NCBI RefSeq assembly: GCF_039654945.1
Contig: NW_027361982.1
Coordinates: 6,200,001-6,264,000, forward strand
Source of the DNA: Dendrobates tinctorius
Taxonomy: Eukaryota
DNA length: 64,000 nucleotides
Reading direction: 5' to 3'
Shown: positions 23,147 through 35,783 of the stretch, one piece after another
Layout: every line of letters starts with the position of its first letter
How positions within the stretch are numbered: position 1 is the stretch's first letter
Made by a program: the position numbers and the translations under genes
Notes under the pieces: model-generated
The model's database searches: none
What the model saw: the letters and a program-made list of their open reading frames with translations, nothing else
What the model was told of the DNA's origin: nothing

Positions 23147-25018
23147 CTGGAAGTCAAAAATAAAATTTACATCATAAGTATAGAACAAAAGTATATACTT
23201 AGAATATCTATAAATAGACATTACCTGGGTACAAAATAGTGTACACAGTGGCAAGGGACATGATTAACATTATAGCACAGTGCATCTGGTGAGATCAAAG
23301 AGTTCAAACAATGCAGATCAAGATTGAAAAAATAAAGGAGGCACATACCCCTGTATTGTACTGTGAGCTTGTGGAATTAGAGTATAAATCAGGCCTGAAG
23401 GAAAAAATGGGCCCAATAAATAAAGTAAGGAGGCCGCGATCAGTGCATAGTGTTTCAACCGAATTATATAAGGCCTACATACCAGAAATTAATGAGGAGG
23501 CACCTGGAGCCATATCTCTGTAGGTAGTAATAATATGTCGCTATATATGGTGGCGCCACAAATGTCAAAGTGCCAGTATAAGAAGGGAGAGTGCCCGTTC
23601 TGTTTTACCATAGAAAGGTGAGCGTCCTGTATGGCAGCTGGGACGCAGTATCCGCCGCGAGTCCTATGTGCTGCAATGTGAGGGGACAGCAGCGTTTAAA
23701 TCAGTGGCCATCATTGTGTGTCACCAGAAGAAAAGCCGGCGTGCGCTCCAGCACGCTGAGGGAGATGGGAAGGGGGGCTTGAACACTAGCCCGCCTATCA
23801 GAGTGCGTCCCTGTAGAAAGATGAGTGGGCCAGCTTACATAGAAGTGCGGGGTGGTGAACTTGCTGTCTCGGCGTGATTCTAAATGGTGCCACAGTATTA
23901 GAATAAGAATGGTGGATTTAGGTGCTCAGGAGGTGGTAGTTCACAGATTTCATAGCTGTTGATTCTGTAACAGAAATAAATACAGTTAGTGACCTGAAGT
24001 TTAGAGATCATATCGTATAATACATCGTATGCCTGATGGCCGAGACCTCATATCAACATGCTGAGAGAAATGATTGCACATCGTATTCTTTGTTTAACCC
24101 TTTCGGTACCAGGGTGTTCAACTCGTGTATCCAATATGCCTCTCTTCTTTTAAGCAAATTAATGCGGTCTCCTCCCCTGCATGGAGGGTGGACCTGTTCC
24201 ACAACCTGAAACTTAAGTTGCGCAATTGTGTGGCCAGCAGTAACAAAGTGATATGGGATCAGAAGAAGCAAATGTTTGCACTTGATGGTAGACTTGTGCT
24301 TTGAAATCCGATCCTTATATGTTGTGTGGTTTCTCCAACATAAAGTAGCCCACATGGGCATTTTATGATATATACTACGAACGAGGTATTGCACGTGTAG
24401 TATCCTCTGATATCATACTTTTTCCCTGTGTGGGGGTGATGAAAAGAATTGCCTTTAAGGACATTTTTGCACTGCGTGCATTGTAAGCAGGGGAAGGTGC
24501 CAAATTTAGGATTGGTAAGAAAGCGTTGTAGTTTGGGGGGACGGGAGGAACCCACGTCAGCTTTGATTAAAATATCATGTATATTCCATGGTCGCTTGAA
24601 ACATGGAAGGAATGGTTCTCTAAATGTTTCTGCATTCGGGTGGGCTGTTTCAAGAAGATGCCAGTGACGACATATGCTGGAGTGTAGTCGGTAAGCCAGC
24701 GGATGATAATCGTGGACGAATGGGATTCGATTGGTCGTCTTAGATCTAGACGGAGAGGATAGGTCTGAATTGTGTAGTGTCTCCTGTGGGTAACCCCTTT
24801 CTAAAAATTTCAAATACTTCTCATCTATGCGTTGTTTTTGGACCTTAATATCAGAGACTATCCTTTGTACCCTTTTCATTTGTGATTTGGGTATAGCTTC
24901 CATCATCCTGGTTGGGTGAAAGCTCTCGTAATGGAGCAAGCTGTTACGGTCTGTCGGCTTGATATATAGGTCAGTGGAAAGGCGACCCGAGTCGTCCTTA
25001 ATGACAGGTGTGTCTAAA

Positions 25019-27110
25019 AAAATCGTAGTTACTTACCGATAACGGTATTTCTCTGATCCCATGACGGCACCACGGAGAGAGGGATCCGCCCTCAGGGACA
25101 GGAAACATACAGATGAAAAAGGCGGTACCTCTCTCCCACATCAGTTGGGTTACAGAGCATTACACAGAACTCTCAGCTGCAACTCAAATGGTTATAAAAA
25201 ATCCAAAATTAATCAAATTTACTCAACTTAAGCTTAATAGAGGCACCGTGTGGCTAAGTACTAAAGCTAACTAACTCACTCTAATGTGCACACCTGTGTG
25301 TGTGTGTGTAAGAAGGGAGGGGATGTACGGGTGCCGTCATGGGATCAGAGAAATACCGTTATCGGTAAGTAACTACGATTTTCTCTTTCCCCCATGACGG
25401 CACCACGGAGAGAATTACAAAGATAGTACATCTAGGGAGGGACCACCGCCTCCAGAACCCTTTTCCCAAAGGTGAGATCTGAAGAGGAGGTCAAGTCTAG
25501 ACGGTAATGTTTGAAAAATGTAGAGGGGGAAGGCCAAGTGGCAGCTCTACATATCTGATCTATTGAAGCGCTGGCGTTCTCTGCCCAGGATGATGCCACT
25601 GCCCTGGTTGAGTGGGCACTTACGTCCTCTGGTATGGCCGCCCCGCAAGAGAAGTAGAATAGGGTGATGGCTTCTCTTATCCACCTCGCCAGTGTGGCCT
25701 TCGATGCTTTCTGACCCTTCCGAGGACCCTGAAAACAGACAAACAGAGCCCTATCCTTCCTAAACTCCCTCGTGGTTTTTAAATATTGGACCAGGCATGT
25801 TTTTACGTCTATAGTGTGCAACGCCTCTTCTGTTTTGTTTTTGGGATTGGGGCACAAAGAGGGTAGGGAGATTTCCTGGGTCCTACCTTGGGGAGATATG
25901 CTGGGTCGGTTTTAAGAATTACCCTATCCTCCAGAATTTGCGTGAAGGGTGCGTGGGCAGACAGAGCTTGTATGTCACTAATGCGGCGGGCCGAAGTTAA
26001 GGCTACTAGGAGGGAAGTCTTAAGCGACAATATTTTTAAAGGAGCCTTCTCTAGGGGTTCGAAGGGAGATTTGGTTAGTGCGTTTAGCACCAGGTTTAGA
26101 TCCCAGGGTGGGGTGGTGTGTAGCGGGATCGGCCTAGACCTACTTGAGGCTCTAATGAATCTCCTAACCCATCTATTTTTGGCTAGGTCATGGTTATACA
26201 AAGCCCCCAAGGCTGCAACTTGTACTTTTAAGGTGCTGGTAGCTAACCCCTTTTCCAACCCCTTCTGCAGGAATTCCAAAATCTTGAGTACAGGGATTTC
26301 GCCCGTTGGGCAAGAGCCTGACACTGACATGAACATCTTCCACACTTTGCCATACACTTTAGTGGTTACTGGCTTTCTACTTCCCTCTTTTTTAAGCTTT
26401 AGAAAAAAATTTTTCTTTTTTTTTTTAAATTCCGCGCCGCCGCCCCCTTCCCAGGGATCCCTGCGCTCCGCCGGAAGTCTCGTGCATGCGCACCGCGCGT
26501 CCCCCCTTAAGGGAGCTGACATGGCGCGAGACCATCCCCCGATGGACCGCGCGCCGGCTACTGCGGCCTCCCGGCGCTGCATACCTGGCTCCGGTGGCTG
26601 CCGCCGCCCCCGCTGTGTGCTGCAGAGGCCTGCCCGGTTCGTGGTCCTCGGTGGGCCCCCACCTCCCTGGTATGGCAGGCTCTGCCGAATGGCCCTCAGT
26701 GACCGCCACCACCTGCCCGGCCCCTTGACAGATCGGCTGAGCTCTCCTGTAGTGACCGCCGTCACTAACTACAGGAGGCCCCCCCCCTTTTTTTTTTTTT
26801 CCTTTTTCCTGGGATCGGCAGGCTTCCAGGATTCTTCACTGCCTCTCCCCACTCACCCTCAAGGCCCGCCGACCCCGATGGTGGTGCTTCGGGGGGGAGC
26901 CTGTTCGAGGCCACGATCCAGCCGAGGCAGGGAGCCCCGCTGCCTATTGCCGGATTGGATCGGTCCCCGGATCCTGCGACGACTCCAGGTACGAGCTGTA
27001 GGTTCCCCGTCAGGGACAGGAAACTAGCTGATGTGGGAGAGAGGTACCGCCTTTTTCATCTGAGGGCGGATCCCTCTCTCTCCGTGGTGCCGTCATGGGG
27101 GAAAGAGAAA
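25019..27110 (-). mobile_element. 2.1-kb internally deleted DIRS1-like element retaining only tyrosine-recombinase coding sequence
   Basis: Inverted terminal repeats (~25046-25146 vs ~27026-27098) and an internal complementary region at ~25331-25412 joining both termini. YR motifs SARRISD, AHSTRA and ATW...FFKHYR lie in 25432-26400. Confidence 0.9.
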
Positions 27111-27741
27111 TTGATCTGTTTGGTATGGTATGACATAGTAAAGCTGAGACCCGGCCAAGATTGTAGGAGGGAGAAGACGGAATCTAAATGTATCACATGC
27201 CCCCCCCCCAAATACAAAAAATATCATCGATGTACCTCTTCCACACTAAGGCCGCTTTACAGGCTTCCATAGTGATAAAGCTCACTACAGCGTCACTTCT
27301 GGTGACGCTTCCTGGCTACCCTGGGCAACAATCTCCACCACACTATACGGTCCCACAGGAGGATGATGCGCTCTAGAGCGTCACTTCCGGTGACGCGGCC
27401 CAGTCACTCCAGCTGTAGTCCCGCCTACCGCTTACTTACACTACAGCTATCCTGCCTCTGACACCTGCCATACCAGCGGTGGATACCGCGTTTTTAGGTC
27501 ACACAGTGCCGCCACCCACCAACGGTGAGTCATCTCACTCCTAACGGTTTTATGGACCTCATTGGCATTACAGCGGATTTAACCCTATATTGTCTCCTCA
27601 GATATAGTCGTTTGTTATTAACGCCAGCATGTTTTTTCAGCCTACTTTCGGGGTAATCTAAATTATAGATCTAAAGTGAGTAAGTTTTATTATGGCATAC
27701 CTAGTAATCACATTAGAGAGCCCAGAGCTTAGTAACTCTTA

Positions 27742-28128
27742 AGGGCCTGTCACACTAAGCGATATCGCTAGCAATATCGCTATAACGTCACTGGTTTTTG
27801 TGACGTTATAGCTAGCGATATCGCTATGTCTGACACTTACCTCTGACTGCTCCCCCGCTGGTTATCGCTCATCGCGCGAGAACGGCCTGCACCGTTTCTC
27901 GTCGTCAGCTTCCTGCTGCGGAGACGAGCGACGCATGGACGCGGGCGGGAGGACGTCAGGATCGCATCGTCTGACAGGTAATTAGCGACCCCCGACCCCA
28001 GCGATGTCGCTGGTGAGATCTGCCTGTGTGGCAGCTCACTAGCGACCACTTAGCAATGCACCAGCGATCCTGACCGCATCATATTGCTGGTCGGGATCGC
28101 TGGTGCATCGCTAAGTGTGACAGTACCT
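27742..28128. mobile_element. Harbinger-type MITE
   Basis: tta|agggcctgtcacactaagcgat ... atcgctaagtgtgacagtacct|tta. Confidence 0.8.
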
Positions 28129-28549
28129 TTATCCTCCCTTCTTTTGTTCACATTAGATTCCACAAGGGATTTCTTTTGGGATATTTCCCCATCATTTTCC
28201 CTCTTTGAATTTCACAGGTCATGTTTGTACCATTACATATCACTATGTTCCTACATATTTCTATTGAATGTTCATAGACTTATTATCTTGAGCTAGGTAT
28301 CCATACCCATTCTTTCATTATGGATGGTATTACCCTCAACTATATACTCCAGTAGTCGCGACACACTATAATATCCAGAAATTTATTGAGATATGAGCAG
28401 TCCTGGTAGGTCTAAGCTCTTATACCTTTACCCGTCCTCCCGATCACATGTGCACCTATGAAAGTTTTTTCTTTTGGTTATTGATATATTTATTAATTGA
28501 TTACCTGTAGCATCTGATTTGTATGATATGTGTTTCCATTAATTCTGCA

Positions 28550-28592
28550 GCATACTGATGAAGGCTTGCTGATATAACCGAAACGTCTATGT
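28550..28592 (+). ncRNA. Minimal type I hammerhead ribozyme candidate with intact core
   Basis: gcaua-CUGAUGA-a-ggcuugcugauauaacc-GAAA-cGUC-uaugu; stem I is cata/tatg, the cleavage triplet is GUC (28585-28587) and AATAAA follows at 28604. Confidence 0.6.
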
Positions 28593-29767
28593 TTGTGACT
28601 GCAAATAAAAATTCTTCACTTTTGCAACAAGTTGAGTGCCAAAATGTTTTTGATTATACAATACAGCAGCTGTCAGCTGTACACTATAGCTGACGAATTG
28701 CTGCATCAGCCACAATCATTGTTGGTACCAACCATAGTAGTATAACCCCTTAAGTGTCAATAAGGACTACAGCATCATGATAGTTAACAGTGTGGGGGGC
28801 CGCCTCTTTAACACCATAGGCACCCAGATCTTGATTGTGTGGTCCTGATGTTTGCCATGGCAGTTCATGGCCTTAAAGTCTGCTGGCTATAGCGGCCTGT
28901 TCAGAAGATTCAACATTTAGGTGGTAAAAATAAAATGCTTCATACCCGTTATACCACTTTACATCAATTCCAGAAAAGGACTTGAAGGGTTAATTACCCG
29001 ACAGCAATTTTGAATATGTTAAAGGGTGCAGTTTTTAAAATCGTATCACTTTTGGGGCTTTTCCAATATATAGGACCCCCAAAAATCACTTCAAAACTTA
29101 ACAGGTCCCTAAAAAATAAGTTTTGGAAATTTCCTTGAAAAAAATGAAAGCTATATTTTTAAACATTGTAAAATGCAAACAAAATAAAACATTTTACAAA
29201 TGGTGCTGATGTAAAGCAGACATGTGGGAAATGTTATTTATGTTTTTTTGTGGTAGGGCTGTCTGGATAAAAAGGGATAATCAAAGTTCAAAAATTGATA
29301 ATTTTTTGAAAATTTTGTAGAATTTCTGATTTTTATAAATAAACACAGAACATAACATACATTTACCATTATCATAAAGTACAATGTGTCATGAAACAAC
29401 ATTCTCAATCACTGGGATCCCTTGAAACGTTCTGGAGTTATTACCACATAAAGTGACACTGGCAAAATGTGAAAAATTTTGTCCGGCCACTAAGCGGATA
29501 AATAAAAGTGGGAGAATCTGAGTTTAGCTCACAGGTCGAAATGCTTTGTGTCTAGTGTTATATTTTCATTTTTGTCTATTCTTTAATCTGAAAAGGGTGC
29601 ATGCGCCGACAAAAACATACCAGCGCACAGCCAGCGTACCCAACGCTAAATATATGGTACGTCGGTCGCATGCAGCCTCATGCGCCCATAGGAGCTGACT
29701 GGAGGAGGCGCGGCCGGAGCTTAGCGGCGGCCCTGTGCCTCATAACGCTAGTCTGAAACTAGCCTTA

Positions 29768-30537
29768 AGGTACTGTCACACTTAGCGTTGCACCAGCAAT
29801 CCCGACCAGCGCTATGACGCGGTCAGGATCGCTGGTTCATCGCTTAGGCTGGTTTCACATTAGCGTTGAAACAACGCTGCGCACTGCGTCGGTAAGCCCC
29901 GCTCCGGCTCCCTGCCCGCCCCATCCGGGATCACCGCCTACTCTATCTTTAGCATAGGGTGCGCAGATCATGCGCTGCCAGTGTGAAAGTAGCGTGCTGC
30001 GCACTTTTGACGGTGCGCGCCGAAATGCGGCATGTTGCATTTCGGCGCGCACGGCGCACCGTAGAAAGTGCGCAGCACGCTACTTTCACACTGGCAGCGC
30101 ATGATCTGCGCACCCTATGCTAAAGATAGGGTGCGCCGATCGCATGCGTGCAAATGCGAAAGTAGGCGGTGATCCCGGATGGGGCGGGCAGGGAGGCGGA
30201 TCGGGGCTTACTGACGCAGTGCGCAGCGTTGTTTCAACGCTAATGTGAAACCAGCCTAAGTGGTCGCTAGTGAGCTGCCACACAGGCAGATCTCACCAGC
30301 GACATCACAGGGGTCGCTACTTACCTGTCACACTAGGCGATCCTGACATCCTCCCGCCCGCATACAAGCCATAGGAAGCCCAGCAGGAAGCTGATGACGA
30401 GAAATGGTCCAGGACGTTCTCGCACGATCAGCGAGGGAGCCGGTCGGAGGCAAGTATCAGACATAGCGAAATCGCAAAACCAAAACAAAACAAAAACCAG
30501 TGACGTGCTAGCGATATCGCTTAGTGTGACAGGCCCT
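29768..30537. mobile_element. Harbinger-type MITE with a nested palindromic MITE at 29847-30256
   Basis: Outer element tta|aggtactgtcacacttagcg...cgcttagtgtgacaggccct|tta. The inner element ggctggtttcacattagcgttgaaac...gtttcaacgctaatgtgaaaccagcc is a long foldback flanked by TTA/TAA. Confidence 0.85.
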
Positions 30538-33183
30538 TTAGTTGGACAGATTGTCTTTGCACTTAATCTCTTCTGCTGCATATATTTGTATCTAGCGTTT
30601 GACATTATTTAAGTGAAGGTGATAAACATTCATTTATGTGTTCTCACTTCAACTTCCACTCTTCTTCCTCTCCTTTTGCTTATGGGGAAGGGGGTCTTAC
30701 TACAGTTTTCACATGCCCCCCTTTTTAGTCATAACAAATTATTTGCAATTCGTGCCCTGTTCACATTTGTCCACCACATTAAAAAAAAATATAAAAAAAA
30801 AAATCTTATTTTTCATTTTTTACAATCTACTCCTACATTTTATATTTTTTCACCTTTTACTTTTCTTGTTTTACAATAATGATAATTAAGACAACTTGTG
30901 GTTCATGATAATGGGAACTGTTCTCCTTGCGGCAGATTACATTTTTGAGGTCTCCTATTTGGACTCCTGTCCTCCCTTTTTTCTTTCTTCACAAATCTGG
31001 TGGCTGGCTTGCAGGAATATGTGGTAGTACAACACTATCCAGTACTAAGGACTCTGTTCTGTCAGTAGCTCACTGCCGGCTGTCTATGTCATGATTTCTT
31101 GGTCAACAAGTCCCTGCGGTGTTGCATTGGCGCTACCCCTTTATATGCTCAGAGAGGAGCGCCAGCGTGCTGTCTGGACGTCGCGAAAAGGAGAGCATGC
31201 GACGTGGCTACCCCCAGACTAGCACAGCACACTGATGACTTTATACGCTGGCACAGTCAATGTATCTCTGAACTCAGCATATACTTTGAGGAAGCATTTG
31301 GCGAATCGCACGTCAGGAGGTTTATTGGCAATTAGGGTGTGCTTAATTTTTGGGCTATCCTGTGTTTATTTTGGGATTCTGGCATTTGTGTACTCAGGTA
31401 CATGCTGCTTCACCAGCATTTTAGCTTTTTGATAATGAAGCACTAGCGCTTTTCTTGGCAATTCATGTGGCAGTCTTGAAGCAATTGGACATCTCTGCAC
31501 GCACACCAGTGCCATTTTGTAACAATATGAACTGACTTTGCCTTTATTATTGTAAATTTTTAGCATATCTTCACACCTCTCTCACTAATTACTTCCTCAG
31601 CCACATTCACTACTCAGCTTCTGACCATATTTTATGAGCAGCCATTATTTGAACACTCCCCCGCTAAGGGAATTGCAGCCTTTTTCAACTTTTTTTTTTT
31701 TTTTTTACAATCTTATATGTCATGGCATCATTGCTTTCACATTATCTGAAGACTTTTTGCCATCTTTGAGTTTTCTTACTCCATCTACTATGGCAAGCTT
31801 CCATACTTGCCCCTCAAGTTGCCTCAGTCAAAACATTGTTAAAGCTTGTATCAGTGCTGGCACACCTTCTTATAATGTAGCTAGTCACCAAAACACTCAA
31901 AATCCTACCTAAAACCAGTTAATAGACTACAAGATAACACTCCTGTTGAGTTGATCCCCCTCAATAGCCAAATATGATACAGCAACACTAAAAACAAGGA
32001 AAAAGTGTTTCAGTGCACCAAACATTCATCCATTTAAGGTCACTCCAGAGTTAGTAGGGTGTGGTGCATGGACAAAAAGAGCAACGCTAGCTATCCTAGT
32101 ACCACTATATTTCACACTAATACCATCTCATGCACACACTTCATAAAGGCACAGGCAACTCCAGGTCTAGGACAAGACTATTTAATGCAAAATACCTCAC
32201 CCAGAATTGCGGTAGACAAAGGTCTCAGTAAAAGTGAAATACAAAAATAAGCTTCTCATCTTATGCTGCTGTATACTAGGAGTTATTTTTAATGGTTTAA
32301 ACACTCCATTAATTAATACCAACTATTGATATAGTTTCAATCAGTTATACTTTGAACCTTCCTAGAAGGTCATTGAAACTTGTTTCAACAAGATGGTCAA
32401 ATTGTCCAAGCAGAGCAAATAACTGGCTTACACTTATCTACCAACAAAGGACCTTCATTGCCATAATTAGGTTATCTTGTGCTCCGAAGCCCCTCCTCCA
32501 GCTTGCTGTATTTTTGCTATGTGGCACACAGGATGCCCCCTCCTCTAGCTTCTTGTATTATATACTGGTTAAAACAGGTATTGAGGGGATGTTTATAGCC
32601 AATGGACAATAGACTTGTGACATCATTCCCCATATGGTGGGGATGGACACACCTTTTAGCTGGACATTTTAAAAGAACTAGGACACATGTTTTTCTCTCT
32701 CTTGGCTCTTGGAAGATGACTGGTCGACGTCTATCTGAATAATGTAACGTATGAATAATGCTTGTTTCTGATTAATGCATTTGTATTTATAGTTTTATAT
32801 TGTTTATTATTTAATCTTATCATTTATTAAGTAAATCAATTTAGAAATTCAGTTCTTGTGTGAGCATTTTCTTATTCATCACAATCCATTGGAACCCTTA
32901 CAATACAGCTGCAATGTTGGAATTCACTTTTACTGGAGGGTCCATCATGACTTGAGAACCAGGAGGTATTAATTCACAGATGACCCCGGGTTTCAGCACC
33001 AAATTATGTGCGCTAAAGACACTCTTTTCTAGGTCTTTTGAATTACAAATGAATAAGTTGGTTTTTTTTTTACGGGCACTTGGATAAGCAATACAGCACA
33101 GACTAGTTGTATGGTGTACTCAGATTTTCTGCTTGATTAGCACATGCATCTACTTTAGTGTCACAGACAAAGGAATAGTTACT

Positions 33184-34826
33184 CAGAAAGGAAATGTAAC
33201 ATCAACTGTTCTTCACTGTCCTATTAAGGGAATAGAAGAATCCAGGATATCTATAAACAGAAAGATAGTGAGGAAACACTTAGCTAACCTAAATGAATTC
33301 AAGTCTCCAGGTCCAGATGAATTACACCCCAGAGTACTGAAGGAGATAGCAGAAGAAATTTTTGAACCCCTCTCCATAATCTTTGAAAATTCTTGGAGAA
33401 CAGGAGAAGTGCCAGAAGACTGGAAAAGAGCAAATGTTGTTCCGATCTTCAAAAAGGGGAAGAAGGTGGACCCAGGCAACTATAGGCCGGTGAGTCTGAC
33501 TTCTATACCAGGAAAGATCTTTGAACAAGTTATTAAACAACATGTATGTCAGTATCTGGATAAGAATGAAGTGATTAAACAGAGTCAGCATGGGTTTGTA
33601 ACTAATAAGTCATGTCAGACTAACTTAGTTTCCTTCTATGATGGAATCACTGATTGGGTGGATCAAGGAAATGCTGTAGATATAGTATATCTTGACTTCA
33701 GCAAAGCATTTGACAAAGTATCTCATACAATCCTTATTGAAAAAATGACTAAGTATGGAATGGACAAGGCAACTGTTAGGTGGATTCATAACTTGCTTAG
33801 TGATCGGACCCAAAGAGTGGTCGTAAATGGCTGCACATCCAGTTGGAAGAACGTCCCAAGTGGGGTACCACAGGGCTCTGTCCTGGGCCCTGTATTGTTC
33901 AACATCTTTATCAACAATTTAGATGAAGGAATTGAGGGTAAACTGATTAAATTTGCTGATGACACAAAGCTAGGAGGGATAGCTAATACTAGAGAAGAGA
34001 GAGAGAGGATTCAAAAAGATATAAATAAACTGGAGAAGTGGGCAGCAACTAACAGAATGGTTTTTAACAGGGAAGAATGCATAGTACTACATCTGGGCAA
34101 TAAAAATGAAAAAAGCATATGCAGAATGGGAGGAATTGGCCTAAGCAACAGCACATGTGAAAAAGACTAGGGTATACTAATAGATCACAGACTGAATATG
34201 AGTCAACAGTGTGATGCAGCAGCAAAAAAGGCAAATGCAATTCTAGGATGTATTAACAGAAGCATACAGTCTAGATCACGTGAAGTCATTATTTCCCTCT
34301 ACTCCTCTTTGGTCAGACCTCATCTGGAATATTGTGTCCAGTTTTGGGCACCACATTTTAAAAAAAACACATCAACAAACTGGAGCAAGTTCAGAAAAGA
34401 GCGACCAGAATGGTGACCGGTCTGCAAACCCTGTCTTATGAGGAAAGGTTGCAGGATTTGGGATTGTTTAGTTTGCAAAAGAGAAGACCGAGAGGAGACT
34501 TAATAGCCGTCTACAAATATCTAAAGGGCTGTCACATTGTAGAAGGATCAACTTTATTCTCATTTGCACAAGGAAAGACTAGAAGCAATGGGATGAAACT
34601 GAATGGGAGGAGACACAGATTAGATATTAGAAAAAACTTTTTGACAGTTAGAGTGATCAATGAGTGGAACAGGCTGCCACGAGAAGTGGTGAGTTCTCCT
34701 TCAATGGAAGTCTTCAAACAGAGGCTGGACAGACATCTGACTGGGATGATTTAGCGAATCCTGCTTTGAGCAGGGGGTTGGACCAGATGGCCCAGGAGGT
34801 CCCTTCCAACTCTACGATTCTATGAT
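33184..34826 (+). mobile_element. 5'-truncated CR1 LINE (reverse transcriptase region and 3' tail)
   Basis: KSPGPD, NYRPVSLTS, YLDFSKAFD, GVPQGSVLGP and KFADD motifs; premature stop at 34168-34170 and a frameshift in an A-run near 34360. The tail is ttccaactctacgattctatgatt. Confidence 0.95.
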
Positions 34827-34939
34827 TGCCGAAATATGTAACCAATAGGAACTTCAGGGGCGTGAATAGAAATGTGAAACTTCCCTGCCCACCAGTGTTA
34901 TTTGATCATCATGACACAGGAGTTACCAGACAAAATGGA

Positions 34940-35116
34940 NNNNNNNNNNNNNNNNNNNNNNNNNNNNNNNNNNNNNNNNNNNNNNNNNNNNNNNNNNNNN
35001 NNNNNNNNNNNNNNNNNNNNNNNNNNNNNNNNNNNNNNNNNNNNNNNNNNNNNNNNNNNNNNNNNNNNNNNNNNNNNNNNNNNNNNNNNNNNNNNNNNNN
35101 NNNNNNNNNNNNNNNN
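34940..35116. other. Assembly gap (177 N)
   Basis: Run of N bases. Confidence 1.
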
Positions 35117-35725
35117 TTAATTTTTTTTTAATACATTTTTTGATATTGAATTTTGTAAACCAGTGAATAGTGGCCCCACACCATTGCCATCTTTCTTGAG
35201 TCAGTTTTGATGCACTTTACATATGCATGTACATAACCATTTTATTTATTCTGTAGGCTATTTAACCCTGAAGCACAGTGGTTAATGGAGAAAAATAATG
35301 TTTTTTTTATGAATTTATATGCACACAGGTGTTTGCATAACTACTTGTATCAGCTTTCTTTTCTATTTTTTATGCTAGAGGGTGCAGGTGTATTTATTAA
35401 TTTTTATACATTATTTTGGAATAAGATTTGTTTTCTTATACTTTGGATAAGTTCCATGGTATAGATCTGTAATACAGCAGTGTGCATGAGCTCAGTCATT
35501 GATGAAACACAAATCTAACATGTAAAGATAACTGATGGCAATTTACACTTTAATCTTTCATGATGCGAGAGGTACAGACACCATAATTATACTGCACCCA
35601 ACACAGGCACTAATATACATGCAACGTTCACAAGTAATGATTGCCTATGCTCACGAAAGGGAACAGGGGGTCATATTCACACAAAAAAAAACTGAATAGG
35701 CCACAGATGTATGAGAAATGGCAAA

Positions 35726-35783
35726 TTTATTTACAGCAAGTCACCTTATGCATGTATACATATGTACAGACATCTATAAAAAA
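35726..35783 (-). promoter_or_regulatory. Candidate KIFC1 polyadenylation signal with adjacent CPE and Pumilio elements
   Basis: In mRNA order: UUUUUUAU (35783-35776), UGUACAUA (35768-35761), AAUAAA (35731-35726). Confidence 0.55.

Larger units (their letters stand above)
23040..27247 (-). mobile_element. 5'-truncated Penelope-like retroelement (RT C-terminus and GIY-YIG endonuclease), split by a DIRS insertion
   Basis: VWKRYIDDIFCIW at ~27205-27245. QINFLD...STDLYIKPTDRNSLLHYESFHP reads across the DIRS junction. VVYIIKCPCGLLYVGET and RREAYWIHELNTLVPKGLN lie at 24053-24400 (frameshifted). Confidence 0.9.

Noticed and set aside
25888-27027. 379-aa plus-strand ORF
   Set aside because: It is antisense to the DIRS YR and GC-rich leader, crosses homopolymer runs, and has no recognisable domain.
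28740-29500. Possible second TTAA-type non-autonomous element
   Set aside because: It resembles such elements, but I could not define convincing paired termini.
34826-35131. ORFs containing X runs
   Set aside because: Artefacts of the N gap.
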